From the NCBI GenBank assembly GCA_016124455.1, contig WGNQ01000014.1:26892-90891 (forward strand): a stretch of 64,000 bases of DNA, in the 5' to 3' direction. The translations under genes were made by a program, and so were the position numbers. The number at the start of each line of letters is the position of its first letter. The first letter of the stretch is position 1. Origin of the DNA: Sideroxydans sp. GTDB lineage: Bacteria > Pseudomonadota > Gammaproteobacteria > Burkholderiales > Gallionellaceae. Below, piece by piece: positions 9,101 to 19,076 of the stretch. The notes beneath the pieces were generated by a model. It was not told where the DNA came from and did no database searches. It worked only from the letters and a program-made list of their open reading frames with translations.

Positions 9101-9113
9101 TCAAATTGACCCC

Positions 9114-9893
9114 ATGCTCAATATCATTCCCATTCCCGCATTCACCGACAACTACATCTGGCTGCTGCACAACAGGCGCCATGCAGTCGCGGTCGACCCG
9201 GGTGAAACAGCGCCGGTTCTGGCCTTTCTCCAGCAGCATGGCTTGGCGCTCAGCGCCATCCTGTGTACCCACCACCATGGCGACCATATCGGCGGAATTG
9301 CCGGGCTGTGCGAAGTATACAACGTGCCGGTGTATGGGCCACGCGAAGAAAACATCGCAGGCGTCACCGCCCCGCTGGCCGATGGCGACCAGGTCGAACT
9401 GCCGGAGTTCGGCATCCGGCTCGATGTGCTCGACATCCGCGGCCACACCCGGGGCCACATCGCCTACCTGCTGCCCGGCAACCCGACCAGCATATTCTGT
9501 GGCGACACCCTGTTCGGTTGCGGCTGCGGCCGGCTGTTTGAAGGCACCATGGAACAATTGTTCAACGCGCTGCAGCGGCTGGCGCAATTGCCGGATGACA
9601 CCCGCGTGTATTGTGCGCACGAATACACTGCCGCCAACATCCGTTTTGCCCTGGCGTGCGAGCCGGGCAATGCCCGCCTCCGGCAGCGCGAAGCTGAAAC
9701 CCGCGCATTGCGCGCCGCAGGGCAGCCCACCCTGCCAACCAGTATTGCCCTGGAAAAAGCCACCAATCCGTTCCTGCGCTGTAGCGAGCCGGAAGTAATC
9801 CATGCGGCACGGCAATCATCCGGCAGCACTCTGGAAGACAGTGAATTCGCGGTATTCAGCGCACTGCGTAGCTGGAAGAACCATTTTTCCTGA
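9114..9893 (+). CDS. gloB: Hydroxyacylglutathione hydrolase (glyoxalase II)
   Basis: MLNIIPIPAFTDNYIWLL N-terminus and the metallo-beta-lactamase motif THHHGDHIGG. The ORF-track start at 9075 is probably an N-terminal over-extension. Confidence 0.88.
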   Translation: MLNIIPIPAFTDNYIWLLHNRRHAVAVDPGETAPVLAFLQQHGLALSAILCTHHHGDHIGGIAGLCEVYNVPVYGPREENIAGVTAPLADGDQVELPEFGIRLDVLDIRGHTRGHIAYLLPGNPTSIFCGDTLFGCGCGRLFEGTMEQLFNALQRLAQLPDDTRVYCAHEYTAANIRFALACEPGNARLRQREAETRALRAAGQPTLPTSIALEKATNPFLRCSEPEVIHAARQSSGSTLEDSEFAVFSALRSWKNHFS

Positions 9894-9902
9894 GCATTCA
9901 GG

Positions 9903-9931
9903 TTGCGGCAAAACCCGTTCTGGTTTATCCT
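9903..9931 (+). promoter_or_regulatory. Candidate sigma70 promoter for tRNA-Ser
   Basis: TTGCGG (-35), a 17-nt spacer, TATCCT (-10), then a GC-rich discriminator (GCGCGCCC) just before the mature tRNA 5-prime end at 9944. A GC-rich discriminator is typical of stringently controlled stable-RNA promoters. Confidence 0.4.
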
Positions 9932-9943
9932 GCGCGCCCTTCC

Positions 9944-10035
<92 letters not shown>

Positions 10036-10042
10036 ACGCAAA

Positions 10043-10067
10043 CCGCCCACTAAGGGGCGGTTTTTTT
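10043..10067 (+). terminator. Rho-independent terminator after tRNA-Ser
   Basis: CCGCCC-ACTAAG-GGGCGG hairpin followed by T7. Confidence 0.75.
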
Positions 10068-10090
10068 ATGCGCAGCAATAGGTATCCCCG

Positions 10091-11626
10091 CTAGCCGAGT
10101 TTGTTGTCCGCCAGATGGTAGTGTGGGTCTTCCATCATGTTGACTTCCACCATGTCGCCGGCCTTCTCCAGCAATTCCAGGCAATCAGGGCTCAAATGGC
10201 GTAAATGCAGGCGTTTCCCCAGCTGGCGATAGCGTTCGGCCAGGTTGTCGATGGCAACGATGGCGGAATGGTCCTTCACGATAGCGCCACGGAATTCGAC
10301 CACCACATGCTCCGGATCCTCCCTGGGTGCAAACAGGGACTGGAATGCAGCCACCGAGGCGAAGAACAAGGTGCCTTGCAGTTCATAAACTTTCCATCCC
10401 TGCTCATCCAGATAGGCATTGACCTCGATACGCTTGGCGTGCTCCCAGGCGAATACCAGTGCGGAGACAATCACACCCAGTACCACCGCAACCGCAAGAT
10501 CGGTCACCACGGTCACGCCCGCGACCATCAGACCGACAAAAATATCGGGCTTGGGAACCTTGCCGAACAGGTTGAAGCTTCCCCATTCGAAGGTTTTCTC
10601 CGATACCACGAACATCACGCCGATCAGCGCAGCCAGCGGGATGCGCTCGATCCAGTGCGAGGCAAACAGGATGAACGACAGCAGAAACAGTGCCGTGGCG
10701 ATACCGGACAGGCGCTTGATGGCGCCGTTGTTCACATTGATCATGCTCTGGCCGATCATCGCACAGCCGCCCATGCCGCCGAACAATCCGGTCACCACAT
10801 TGGCCGCCCCCTGCGCCATGCTTTCGCGATTCGGCTTGCCCCGGGTATCGGTCATGGTGTCGATCAGGTTCAGCGTCAGCAGCGACTCGATCAGTCCGAT
10901 GGCAGCCAGTATCAGCGCATAGGGAAACACGATTTTCAGTGTTTCCCAGTTGAATGGCACGTTCGGCAGATGGAAAGCCGGCAGGCCGCCGCCAATCGAC
11001 CCCAGGTCGCCCACGGTTTTGGTGTCGATGCCGGTCACGGCAACCAGTGCGGAGACCGCCGCAATGCCGACCAGCGTGGCCGGCACGGCCCTGGTCAATT
11101 TAGGTGTGAGATAAATGATTGCCATGGTCAGCGCAATCAGCCCCAGCATGGTGTACAGCGCAGCGCCCTGCATCCAGTGCTGCGTACCGTCCGGCGCCGT
11201 CACCTTGAAGTGATTTAATTGCGCGAGGAAGATCACGATGGCCAGGCCGTTGACGAAGCCCAGCATCACCGGATGCGGCACCATACGGATGAACTTGCCC
11301 ATCTTGGCCACCGCGAACAGGATTTGCAGCAAGCCCATCACCACCACCGTGGCAAACAGGTACTCCACGCCATGCACCACCACCAGCGACACCATGACCA
11401 CCGCCAGCGCCCCTGTCGCGCCGGAGATCATGCCGGGGCGGCCGCCGAAGGCCGAGGTGATCAGCGCCATGATGAAGGCGGCATACAGCCCGGTGAGCGG
11501 CGACACGTGTGCCACCAGCGCAAAGGCAATCGCTTCCGGCACCATGGCCAGCGCGACCGTCAGGCCGCTGAGCAGGTTGGTCCTGCTTTCCTGCAGGTTG
11601 AATTGGGCAAGCCTGGATGAGGTCAA
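10091..11626 (-). CDS. SulP-family inorganic anion (sulfate/bicarbonate-type) transporter with a C-terminal STAS domain
   Basis: 511 aa. Multi-TM core with SulP-type motifs (GLTVALAMVPEAIAFA, GMGGCAMIGQSMINV). The soluble C-terminal ~120 aa is STAS-like (YELQGTLFFASVAAF). Confidence 0.85.
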   Translation of the reverse strand: MTSSRLAQFNLQESRTNLLSGLTVALAMVPEAIAFALVAHVSPLTGLYAAFIMALITSAFGGRPGMISGATGALAVVMVSLVVVHGVEYLFATVVVMGLLQILFAVAKMGKFIRMVPHPVMLGFVNGLAIVIFLAQLNHFKVTAPDGTQHWMQGAALYTMLGLIALTMAIIYLTPKLTRAVPATLVGIAAVSALVAVTGIDTKTVGDLGSIGGGLPAFHLPNVPFNWETLKIVFPYALILAAIGLIESLLTLNLIDTMTDTRGKPNRESMAQGAANVVTGLFGGMGGCAMIGQSMINVNNGAIKRLSGIATALFLLSFILFASHWIERIPLAALIGVMFVVSEKTFEWGSFNLFGKVPKPDIFVGLMVAGVTVVTDLAVAVVLGVIVSALVFAWEHAKRIEVNAYLDEQGWKVYELQGTLFFASVAAFQSLFAPREDPEHVVVEFRGAIVKDHSAIVAIDNLAERYRQLGKRLHLRHLSPDCLELLEKAGDMVEVNMMEDPHYHLADNKLG

Positions 11627-11636
11627 CTTCTTCTCC

Positions 11637-11684
11637 TGAAAAATGGCAAAACCAGCCTCCCCACCGCTGCAAATGGGTGGCTGG
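11637..11684 (-). terminator. Rho-independent terminator downstream of ispG
   Basis: The minus strand reads CCAGCCACCC-ATTTGCAGC-GGTGGGGAGGCTGG followed by TTTTGCCATTTTT. Confidence 0.55.
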
Positions 11685-11730
11685 CGTAACTGTCGGTTAT
11701 TTATCCGGCTACAACAGGAACAGGCAAAGC

Positions 11731-13002
11731 CTAAATCGACTGAATCGGAATCTGGCGGCGGACTGTCTCGCCTTCGGCCCTCGGTGCATATTTACGTGCC
11801 ACATAATCGCTGACGATCTGCGTGAATTCCTCGGCGATATTCTCCCCGCGCAACGTGGTGACTTTTTCCCCGTCCACATACACCGGCGCTGCGGGATTTT
11901 CGCCGGTGCCGGGCAGGCTGATGCCGATATTGGCCAGCTTGCTCTCGCCGGGACCGTTCACGATGCAGCCCATCACCGCCACGCTCATTTCCTCCACCCC
12001 GCTGTATTGCTCCCGCCACACCGGCATCTGCGCGCGCAGATAAGACTGGATGCTTTGCGCGAGTTCCTGGAACACCGTGCTGGTGGTGCGTCCGCAGCCG
12101 GGACAGGCGGTAACCATCGGCGCAAACGAGCGCAGCCCCATGGTCTGCAATATCTCCTGTGCCACCACCACTTCCTGCGTGCGATCGCCACCCGGTTCCG
12201 GGGTGAGTGAAATGCGGATGGTGTCGCCGATACCGTCCTGCAGCAGCACCGCAAGTGCGGCGGTAGAGGCGACGATGCCCTTGGAGCCCATGCCGGCCTC
12301 GGTCAGACCGAGATGTAGTGGATAGTCGCAACGCTGCGCCAGCTCACGGTACACCGCAATCAGATCCTGCACCTCACTTACCTTGCAGGACAGTACGATA
12401 CGATCGTGCGGCAGCCCGAGTTCCTCGGCGCGCCTGGCGCTGTCGAGTGCGGACGCGATCAGGGCCGCGCGCGTCACCTCGGCCACGTCTTTCGGCTCGG
12501 GCAGTTTCGCATTTTCGTCCATCATGCGCACGACCAGGTCCTGGTCCAGGCTTCCCCAGTTCACCCCGATACGCACCGGCTTGTCATACTGCCTGGCCAC
12601 CGCGATCATCATCGCGAACTGGTCTTCCCCCTTGCGGTTGCGGCCGACATTGCCGGGATTGATACGGTATTTCGCCAGCGCCCTGGCACACTCGGGAAAC
12701 TCGGTGAGCAGGCGGTGGCCGTTGTAGTGGAAATCCCCGACCAGCGGCACGTGACAGCCCATGGCATCAAGCAGCTCGCGGATGCGCGGCACTTGCGCCG
12801 CCGCTTCGGAGGTATTGACGGTGATGCGTACCAGCTCGGAACCCGCTTGCGCCAGCTCAAAAATCTGCTTGGCGGTACCTTCGGCATCGACGGTATCGGT
12901 GTTGGTCATCGACTGCACCACCACCGGGGCTTCCCCGCCGATGGCGATGTCTCCAACCATGACGCGCTGTGTCAAACGGCGCGGAATGACAACATGACTC
13001 AT
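11731..13002 (-). CDS. ispG: 4-hydroxy-3-methylbut-2-en-1-yl diphosphate synthase (flavodoxin), MEP pathway
   Basis: 423 aa. [17 protein letters not shown]-terminal motif and C-terminal [4Fe-4S] cysteines ([10 protein letters not shown] ... [10 protein letters not shown]). Confidence 0.92.
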   Translation of the reverse strand: MSHVVIPRRLTQRVMVGDIAIGGEAPVVVQSMTNTDTVDAEGTAKQIFELAQAGSELVRITVNTSEAAAQVPRIRELLDAMGCHVPLVGDFHYNGHRLLTEFPECARALAKYRINPGNVGRNRKGEDQFAMMIAVARQYDKPVRIGVNWGSLDQDLVVRMMDENAKLPEPKDVAEVTRAALIASALDSARRAEELGLPHDRIVLSCKVSEVQDLIAVYRELAQRCDYPLHLGLTEAGMGSKGIVASTAALAVLLQDGIGDTIRISLTPEPGGDRTQEVVVAQEILQTMGLRSFAPMVTACPGCGRTTSTVFQELAQSIQSYLRAQMPVWREQYSGVEEMSVAVMGCIVNGPGESKLANIGISLPGTGENPAAPVYVDGEKVTTLRGENIAEEFTQIVSDYVARKYAPRAEGETVRRQIPIQSI

Positions 13003-13011
13003 ACTTGCCTC

Positions 13012-13884
13012 TTACTCCAGCGTGAGGTGTGCGACATCGACATTGGTGTTCGGTGCCAGGTCGACCGGCTTGCCCTTGTAATACAGTTTCACCCCGCCGG
13101 CATGGCCGATGGTCAGTGTAAACGGCGGCTCGCCATTGAGATTCTGTTCGCTGCCTGCCGGGTTGATCTGCGACATCAGCACCTGGCCGTTCTTGTCCTT
13201 CACTTCCACCCAGGAGTCTTCATCGAAGGTCATGCGTATCATGCCTGGTGTGGCCGCAGCACGCGGCGGCAGCAACTTGGGGTGCGGCGGCTCGGCCACC
13301 GGTACCGGTGCTGGTACTGGAGGCGTGACGGCAGGTGGCGCAGCCGCCGGCGTTGCGGCGGGAGCCACTGCCGGCACAGCCGACACCGGTACGGCAGCAA
13401 GCGGCACCGCCAGCGACTCAACCCTGGGCTGCTTCTCCTCCTCCTTGTCATACAGCCAGGTGAACAACCCGAGGGCGAGCGCCACGATGAGTGCGGCAGA
13501 CAGCCAGATGATGTTGGATTTGCGCAGCGAATAAACGCTGGGAAATGGCACCTCTACCGATTGCCGTCCTGCCAGCGCAGTTTTGTCCTGCGCATGTGCG
13601 TCCGGCAGGGCCGCCAGCAATGGCGCTTCGTCGAGTTGCAGCAGCCTGGCATAACTGCGCACGAAACCACGCACAAAAGCTGCTTCCGGCAGTTGCGCAA
13701 AGTCGTCGTCTTCCAGTGCCTTGATCTGGCGTGGCGCAAACTTGAGGCGATTGACCACATCGTGCACGGAAAGTCCCATGCCTTCGCGCGCCTCACGCAA
13801 GGTAGCGCCTATGCTGAATGGCGGGCGGTTCTCCGCTGCTGCGGGATTCGTCTCCTGCACATTGTCCGGCTGTTCGTTCATCAT
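13012..13884 (-). CDS. rodZ: Cytoskeleton protein RodZ (HTH plus TM plus Pro/Ala-rich linker plus C-terminal domain)
   Basis: N-terminal XRE-type HTH (IGATLREAREGMGLSVHDVVNRLKF), one TM helix (IIWLSAALIVALALGLFTWL) and a P/A-rich linker. Conserved position between pilW and ispG. Confidence 0.8.
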   Translation of the reverse strand: MMNEQPDNVQETNPAAAENRPPFSIGATLREAREGMGLSVHDVVNRLKFAPRQIKALEDDDFAQLPEAAFVRGFVRSYARLLQLDEAPLLAALPDAHAQDKTALAGRQSVEVPFPSVYSLRKSNIIWLSAALIVALALGLFTWLYDKEEEKQPRVESLAVPLAAVPVSAVPAVAPAATPAAAPPAVTPPVPAPVPVAEPPHPKLLPPRAAATPGMIRMTFDEDSWVEVKDKNGQVLMSQINPAGSEQNLNGEPPFTLTIGHAGGVKLYYKGKPVDLAPNTNVDVAHLTLE

Positions 13885-14654
13885 TGCACTTGCAGCATCA
13901 ATTGCGTTTCATGCGCATCCGGAAAGTTTTTGCGCAATTGCAGGGCATAGCTTGCTTCCGCATTGTCGTCGCCCAGCTTGCGCTCGATGCGAACTGCCAG
14001 CCACAGGTTGGCGGCGGTCAGCGGTGTGCCGGTCCATTGCTCGAAACGCGTAAAATAGGATTTCGCCAGCTCATAGTTCCCGTTGACGAAACTGACATCC
14101 GCCAGCCCCACCAGCGCTTCCGGCATATTGGGCTGCAGGATCAGCGCCCGGCGCAGGTAAAGTTCGGCATTCTTCATCTCGCCCGCCTTTTCGGAACAGA
14201 CCCCGGCATTGACATAGGCGCGCTCCGGCGTGCTGTACAGCGGATTTTTCACCGCCTCCAGGAAATGCGGCACCGACTCGCGCTCGCGCCCGCGCTGGCA
14301 CAGGAACCAGCCGTAGTTGTTTTGCGTGTCCGAGCTGCCGGGATCAAGACGCAGGCTGTGCAGGAAATCCGCCTCGGCCTCCTTGTCTTCCAGCAGCTGC
14401 ATGTGCACCAGGCCGCGCACGTTGTAGGCAGGCGCATAGCCGTCCTCGAATTTCAACGCGGTCGCCACCTCTTCCAGCGCGACGGCATACTGGCCGCGCC
14501 CATAGTAGGCCGCCGCCAGTTCGGTGTGCACCTTGGCGATGGCCTCGGCACGCGTCATTACCTGCGTTCGGTTGTCGTCCAGCGATCCGCTGGCGGGTTG
14601 CGAAGCGCATCCGGCCAGACCCCAGACGGCCAGAATCATAGCGAACCATTTCAT
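13881..14654 (-). CDS. pilW: Type IV pilus biogenesis/stability lipoprotein PilW (TPR repeats)
   Basis: Lipobox [16 protein letters not shown] followed by TPR repeats. The start at 14654 forms an ATGA overlap with the rlmN stop. The 407-aa ORF-track version is an over-extension into rlmN. Confidence 0.8.
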   Translation of the reverse strand: MKWFAMILAVWGLAGCASQPASGSLDDNRTQVMTRAEAIAKVHTELAAAYYGRGQYAVALEEVATALKFEDGYAPAYNVRGLVHMQLLEDKEAEADFLHSLRLDPGSSDTQNNYGWFLCQRGRERESVPHFLEAVKNPLYSTPERAYVNAGVCSEKAGEMKNAELYLRRALILQPNMPEALVGLADVSFVNGNYELAKSYFTRFEQWTGTPLTAANLWLAVRIERKLGDDNAEASYALQLRKNFPDAHETQLMLQVQ

Positions 14655-15733
14655 GTGCGAACCTCCATTAGCCGGTGTGTCCTCTTGGTCTTGTCCTGCA
14701 CCTGCCCCGCCAGCTGGCCGCAGGCTGCCGCAATATCGTCCCCGCGCACCTTGCGCGTAGTGGTGACGATGTCCGCCTGCATCAGCACGTCGCGGAAGCG
14801 GCGCACCGCCTCCGGCGAAGAACGCTTGTAGGGCGCTTGCGGGAAAGGGTTGAACGGGATCAGGTTGAACTTGCACGGCACGTCGCGCACCAGCGCAATC
14901 AGTTCGCGCGCATCCTTGGCGCTGTCGTTGACGCCTTCCAGCATGACGTACTCGAAGGTAACGAAGTCGCGCGGCGCTTTTTCGAGATAGCGCTGGCAGG
15001 CTGCCATCAGTTCGCGCAGCGGATATTTCTGGTTGACCGGCACCAGCACATTGCGCAATGCGTCGTTCGGCGCATGCAGCGATACCGCCAGCGCTACCGG
15101 GCATGCCTCACGCAGCCGGTCCATGGCCGGCACGATGCCGGAAGTGGAGACCGTGACACGGCGGCGCGACAGGCCGTAGGCATTGTCGTCCAGCATCAGG
15201 CGCAATGCGCTGACCGTGTTGTCGAAATTCAGCAGCGGCTCGCCCATGCCCATCATCACCACGTTGGTGACCGGCCAGTTGCCGTCGGCGCTCTTGCCGA
15301 TCTCGCGATTGGCCCACCACAACTGCCCGATGATTTCCGCGGTCGACAGGTTGCGGTTGAAACCCTGCTTGCCGGTGGAGCAAAACGCGCAATCCAGCGC
15401 ACAGCCCGCCTGGGTGGAAATGCACAGCGTGCCCCGATCGGTTTCAGGAATGAACACGGTTTCCACCGCATTGCCGGTACCCACGTCGAGCAGCCACTTG
15501 CGCGTGCCATCTGACGACAGCTCTTCGCGCATCACCTTGGGCGCCTGCACGCAGGCCGTTTGTTTCAATTTGCTGCGCAGCGAGAGCGCAAGATCGCTCA
15601 TCGCATCGAATTCGGACTCCCCCCCTTGATGCACCCAGCGCAACACCTGGCGTGCGCGAAAGGGCTTCTCACCCTGCTCGGCGAACCAGGCGGTCAGTTG
15701 CTGTGCATCGAAGTTGAGGAGGTTTTCTGTCAT
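14651..15733 (-). CDS. rlmN: 23S rRNA (adenine2503-C2)/tRNA methyltransferase RlmN, radical SAM
   Basis: 360 aa. Radical-SAM cluster [11 protein letters not shown] and the conserved C-terminal AACGQL motif. Confidence 0.92.
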   Translation of the reverse strand: MTENLLNFDAQQLTAWFAEQGEKPFRARQVLRWVHQGGESEFDAMSDLALSLRSKLKQTACVQAPKVMREELSSDGTRKWLLDVGTGNAVETVFIPETDRGTLCISTQAGCALDCAFCSTGKQGFNRNLSTAEIIGQLWWANREIGKSADGNWPVTNVVMMGMGEPLLNFDNTVSALRLMLDDNAYGLSRRRVTVSTSGIVPAMDRLREACPVALAVSLHAPNDALRNVLVPVNQKYPLRELMAACQRYLEKAPRDFVTFEYVMLEGVNDSAKDARELIALVRDVPCKFNLIPFNPFPQAPYKRSSPEAVRRFRDVLMQADIVTTTRKVRGDDIAAACGQLAGQVQDKTKRTHRLMEVRT

Positions 15734-15746
15734 CAGCTCTCTGCTA

Positions 15747-16172
15747 TCAGCGCGAGTAGACGTTCATGCTGGGGAAGAAATAGCCGATTTCCGTCGCCGC
15801 GGTTTCCGGCGCGTCGGAACCGTGCACTGCATTGGCATCTATGCTGTCGGCAAAGTCGGCACGAATGGTGCCCTTGTCGGCTTTCTTCGGGTCGGTGGCA
15901 CCCATCAGGTCGCGGTTCTTCAGGATCGCATTCTCGCCTTCCAGCACCTGGATCATCACCGGGCCGGAAATCATGAAGTTCACCAGGTCATTGAAGAACG
16001 GGCGGGCGCTATGTACGGCATAGAAACCCTCAGCCTCGGCACGGGACAGTTGCGCCATGCGTGCGGCAACAATCTTCAGCCCGGCATTCTCAAAGCGGGT
16101 ATAGATCTGGCCGATGACATTTTTTGCAACTGCATCGGGTTTGATAATTGACAGGGTACGTTCGACAGCCAT
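15747..16172 (-). CDS. ndk: Nucleoside diphosphate kinase
   Basis: 141 aa. [15 protein letters not shown] ... NAVHGSDA (active-site His). Confidence 0.95.
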   Translation of the reverse strand: MAVERTLSIIKPDAVAKNVIGQIYTRFENAGLKIVAARMAQLSRAEAEGFYAVHSARPFFNDLVNFMISGPVMIQVLEGENAILKNRDLMGATDPKKADKGTIRADFADSIDANAVHGSDAPETAATEIGYFFPSMNVYSR

Positions 16173-16274
16173 GCTACGTTCTCCAAAGGTAAAAGTTGAT
16201 TAAAAATCAGAGCGCGGCATTTTAACAGGGTTTGGCCCCCATGTCGCAGGCAACATCGCGGGATGCGCGCCGGG

Positions 16275-16730
16275 CTATTGCGGAAAATGCAGGCGCAACG
16301 GCAGCATCCCCGAAACCTCGAAACCGTGGCGCCGGTAAAAGCGGATCGCCGTCTCGTTGTCCTGGTCGGTCAACAGCGTGATACGCGAACAACCGGCGGC
16401 CTGCGCATGGGCGATGGCCGCCTGCAGCAAGGCTGAGCCGGCACCGCTGCCGCGCCGCCCGGGGCGTACCACCATATCTTCCAGCATGGCGACGCGCCCT
16501 CCGCGCGCGGTGCTGACGGTATACAGCAGGCCAACCATGGCCACCACCTCCCCGCCTTCGCGCAACAGCAGAATCTGCCCGGCATCCGGATGTTCGATAA
16601 TCTCGCGCAGCCCGGCAGCCTGCCGGGCTGCGTCCGGCTGGAATTCCCGCTCCTGCGCGAACAGTACCTGCAACAACTCGCACAGCTGCGGAATATCGTC
16701 CAGCGTGGCCGCCTCGATGCGTGCGCTCAT
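16275..16730 (-). CDS. GNAT-family N-acetyltransferase
   Basis: Acetyl-CoA-binding motif A (VVRPGRRGSGAGSALL) and motif B (AIRFYRRHGF). The start at 16730 forms an ATGA overlap with the tilS stop. Confidence 0.8.
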   Translation of the reverse strand: MSARIEAATLDDIPQLCELLQVLFAQEREFQPDAARQAAGLREIIEHPDAGQILLLREGGEVVAMVGLLYTVSTARGGRVAMLEDMVVRPGRRGSGAGSALLQAAIAHAQAAGCSRITLLTDQDNETAIRFYRRHGFEVSGMLPLRLHFPQ

Positions 16731-18076
16731 GTAGCGCTCACCCATTCCGCCACCACCGCCTCTTCGCCCGGTGCAGCACGATACTCGCTGGCTGCGGCGA
16801 TACCGGGCACCGCAACCAGCAACTCATCGCAATACAGCAACGGCCAGTGCTCGCGCTGCCACGGCGGTACGCCGCGTTCCTGAAACAGGTATTTGAGCGT
16901 ACGCGCCGGACGCGCAGCATCAGGGCGCAGGCGCTCCTCGCCGCAACGCAGGCGAATGGTGACCTGTGCAGCCTGGAGCTTTTCCCGGCTGAGCCCTTCG
17001 CCCGTACTGCGTACGAAACGCAGCACCCCGCCCAGTTGCGGCAGTGCCAGCTCTTCCTCGTCTCGCCACGGCAGACGCCAGCCCGGCTCCGGTTCAGGCA
17101 GCGCGTGGCAGACATGCACTTTGCCGCGATAACTGTGCACTTCCCAGCCGGCCCAGCCGACACAAACCCGGGCATTGGCCTGCGCCGAACATAACTGGCG
17201 CAGCATTTCTTCCAGCCGTGCCTGCTCGGGCGGCAAGGCTCCGCGTTGATGCAGGAACCAGCGCAGCAGATTCTTCGCGCGTACCGTACCAAGTTGCTGC
17301 AGGCGCGCCACGGCAAGCAGCATCCCGTCGAACGCGCCCGAGGCATCCTGTTCCGCCAGCATATCCATCAGTTCAGCGGCTTCGGCAAAATGCCCCGCAC
17401 TGCGCGCCAGCGTCGCACGATAGGCGGGAAAATGCTGCGCCAATACCGGCAGCACGCGGTGACGCAGAAAGTTGCGCGGGTAACGATCGTCGGCATTGCT
17501 TTCGTCTTCCACCCACGCCAGTCCATGCTGGTTTGCATACGCCAGCAACCCGGCCCGGGGAATATCCAGCAGTGGCCGCAGCAAAACGGGCAGCGCCGTA
17601 CGTGGCTGTATTGCAGCCATGGCGCTCGCCCCGCGTACCCCGCTGCCACGCAGCAGCTGCAGCAGCAAGGTCTCGGCCTGGTCATCCTGATGGTGGGCAA
17701 GCGCGATGAACTGCACCGGCTGGCACGCGAGCGCAGCATGGCGTAATTCGCGCGCAGCCGCCTCCACACCCATGGCGCGTACAGGCGCGATGTCTACATG
17801 TTCCACCTGCAGCGGAATGCCGTGCCGGGCGCACAATTCGCGGCAAAATGCCGCCCAGGCATCGGCCTGCATGCTGATGCCATGATGTACGTGCAAAGCG
17901 GAGAGTTGCCAGGAATGGCGCGGGGCAAGCTGGAGCAGCAGGTGCAGCAACACCACGGAGTCGACACCACCGCTCAGTCCCAGCAGGATGGAACTGCCCG
18001 CGGGAACCACAGGCACAAGCGCATCGGCGACGCGCCCGGACAGGTCGCTAGACTTCGACTTCCTTGAATTTGCCAT
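16727..18076 (-). CDS. tilS: tRNA(Ile)-lysidine synthetase
   Basis: PP-loop [26 protein letters not shown] motif, and a C-terminal substrate-binding domain (WPLLY). Confidence 0.88.
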   Translation of the reverse strand: MANSRKSKSSDLSGRVADALVPVVPAGSSILLGLSGGVDSVVLLHLLLQLAPRHSWQLSALHVHHGISMQADAWAAFCRELCARHGIPLQVEHVDIAPVRAMGVEAAARELRHAALACQPVQFIALAHHQDDQAETLLLQLLRGSGVRGASAMAAIQPRTALPVLLRPLLDIPRAGLLAYANQHGLAWVEDESNADDRYPRNFLRHRVLPVLAQHFPAYRATLARSAGHFAEAAELMDMLAEQDASGAFDGMLLAVARLQQLGTVRAKNLLRWFLHQRGALPPEQARLEEMLRQLCSAQANARVCVGWAGWEVHSYRGKVHVCHALPEPEPGWRLPWRDEEELALPQLGGVLRFVRSTGEGLSREKLQAAQVTIRLRCGEERLRPDAARPARTLKYLFQERGVPPWQREHWPLLYCDELLVAVPGIAAASEYRAAPGEEAVVAEWVSAT

Positions 18077-19013
18077 AAGCCATCAGGCGATTGAAGCGAG
18101 TGTGCAGCAGCTCGTCGACGGATTGCGATTGCACCTGCTTGAGCACGTCCTGCAAGGCTTTCTTCATGGCCTGCATCATTGCGGGGTAGTCGCGATGGGC
18201 GCCGCCCAGCGGCTCGCTGACGATCTTGTCGACCAGCCCCAGCGTTTTCAGCCGGGTGGCGGTAATGCCCAGCGTTTCGGCGGCATCGGCAGCCTTGTCC
18301 GCGCTCTTCCACAGGATGGAGGCGCAGCCTTCGGGGGAAATCACCGAATAGGTGGCGTATTGCAGCATCAGCATGGCATCGCCCACCGCAATCGCCAGCG
18401 CGCCGCCGGATCCGCCTTCGCCGATGATGGTGCAAATGATGGGTACGCGCAGTTCGGCCATCACATACAGGTTGTGGCCGATCGCCTCGGACTGGCCGCG
18501 CTCTTCCGCGCCCACGCCGGGATAGGCGCCGGGCGTATCGATGAAGGTCATGATCGGAATGCCGAATTTTTCCGCCAGCTTCATCAGGCGCAGCGCCTTG
18601 CGGTAACCCTCCGGGCGCGGCATGCCGAAATTGCGGTACTGGCGCTCCTTGGTGTCGCGCCCTTTCTGGTGGCCGATCACCATCACGCTCTGGCCATTGA
18701 ACCGCGCCAGTCCGCCGACAATGGCGGCATCGTCGGCATAGGCGCGATCGCCATGCAGCTCCTCGAAATCGGTGAACAGGTGTTCGATGTAATCCAGCGT
18801 ATAGGGGCGCTGCGGATGGCGCGACACCTGCGAAATCTGCCACGGCGTAAGCTTGGCGTAGATATCCTTGGTCAGCGCCTGGCTCTTTTTCTGCAGGCGG
18901 CCGATTTCCTCGGAGATATCCACGGCGGAATCGTCCTGCACGTAACGCAGCTGCTCGATCTTGTTTTCCAGCTCGGCAACCGATTGCTCAAAATCCAGGA
19001 AGGTTACTTTCAT
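18048..19013 (-). CDS. accA: Acetyl-CoA carboxylase carboxyltransferase subunit alpha
   Basis: 321 aa. [24 protein letters not shown]-terminus and [22 protein letters not shown] motif. Confidence 0.93.
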   Translation of the reverse strand: MKVTFLDFEQSVAELENKIEQLRYVQDDSAVDISEEIGRLQKKSQALTKDIYAKLTPWQISQVSRHPQRPYTLDYIEHLFTDFEELHGDRAYADDAAIVGGLARFNGQSVMVIGHQKGRDTKERQYRNFGMPRPEGYRKALRLMKLAEKFGIPIMTFIDTPGAYPGVGAEERGQSEAIGHNLYVMAELRVPIICTIIGEGGSGGALAIAVGDAMLMLQYATYSVISPEGCASILWKSADKAADAAETLGITATRLKTLGLVDKIVSEPLGGAHRDYPAMMQAMKKALQDVLKQVQSQSVDELLHTRFNRLMAYGKFKEVEV

Positions 19014-19076
19014 AGTTCGATGCGTTTATTTGAACGGACGGAATGATACAGGATTAGGTTCCGGTACGGCACGGGG

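Noticed and set aside
13881-15104. N-terminally extended ORF-track versions of pilW (407 aa), pntAA (434 aa, 31485-32789), pntAB (138 aa), kdsB (307 aa, 55600-56523), msrA (210 aa), arnA-FT (342 aa), the adaptor (368 aa) and gloB (272 aa).
   Set aside because: The extensions overlap the upstream genes and translate to Arg-rich nonsense. In each case an internal ATG gives the canonical family N-terminus (a lipobox, [19 protein letters not shown] and so on), often with an ATGA/TAATG overlap or a good Shine-Dalgarno sequence.
16275-16730. GNAT gene as a TacT/AtaT-type toxin of a toxin-antitoxin pair.
   Set aside because: There is no small RHH/DUF1778-type antitoxin ORF next to it. It overlaps the tilS stop and looks like an ordinary operon-embedded acetyltransferase.
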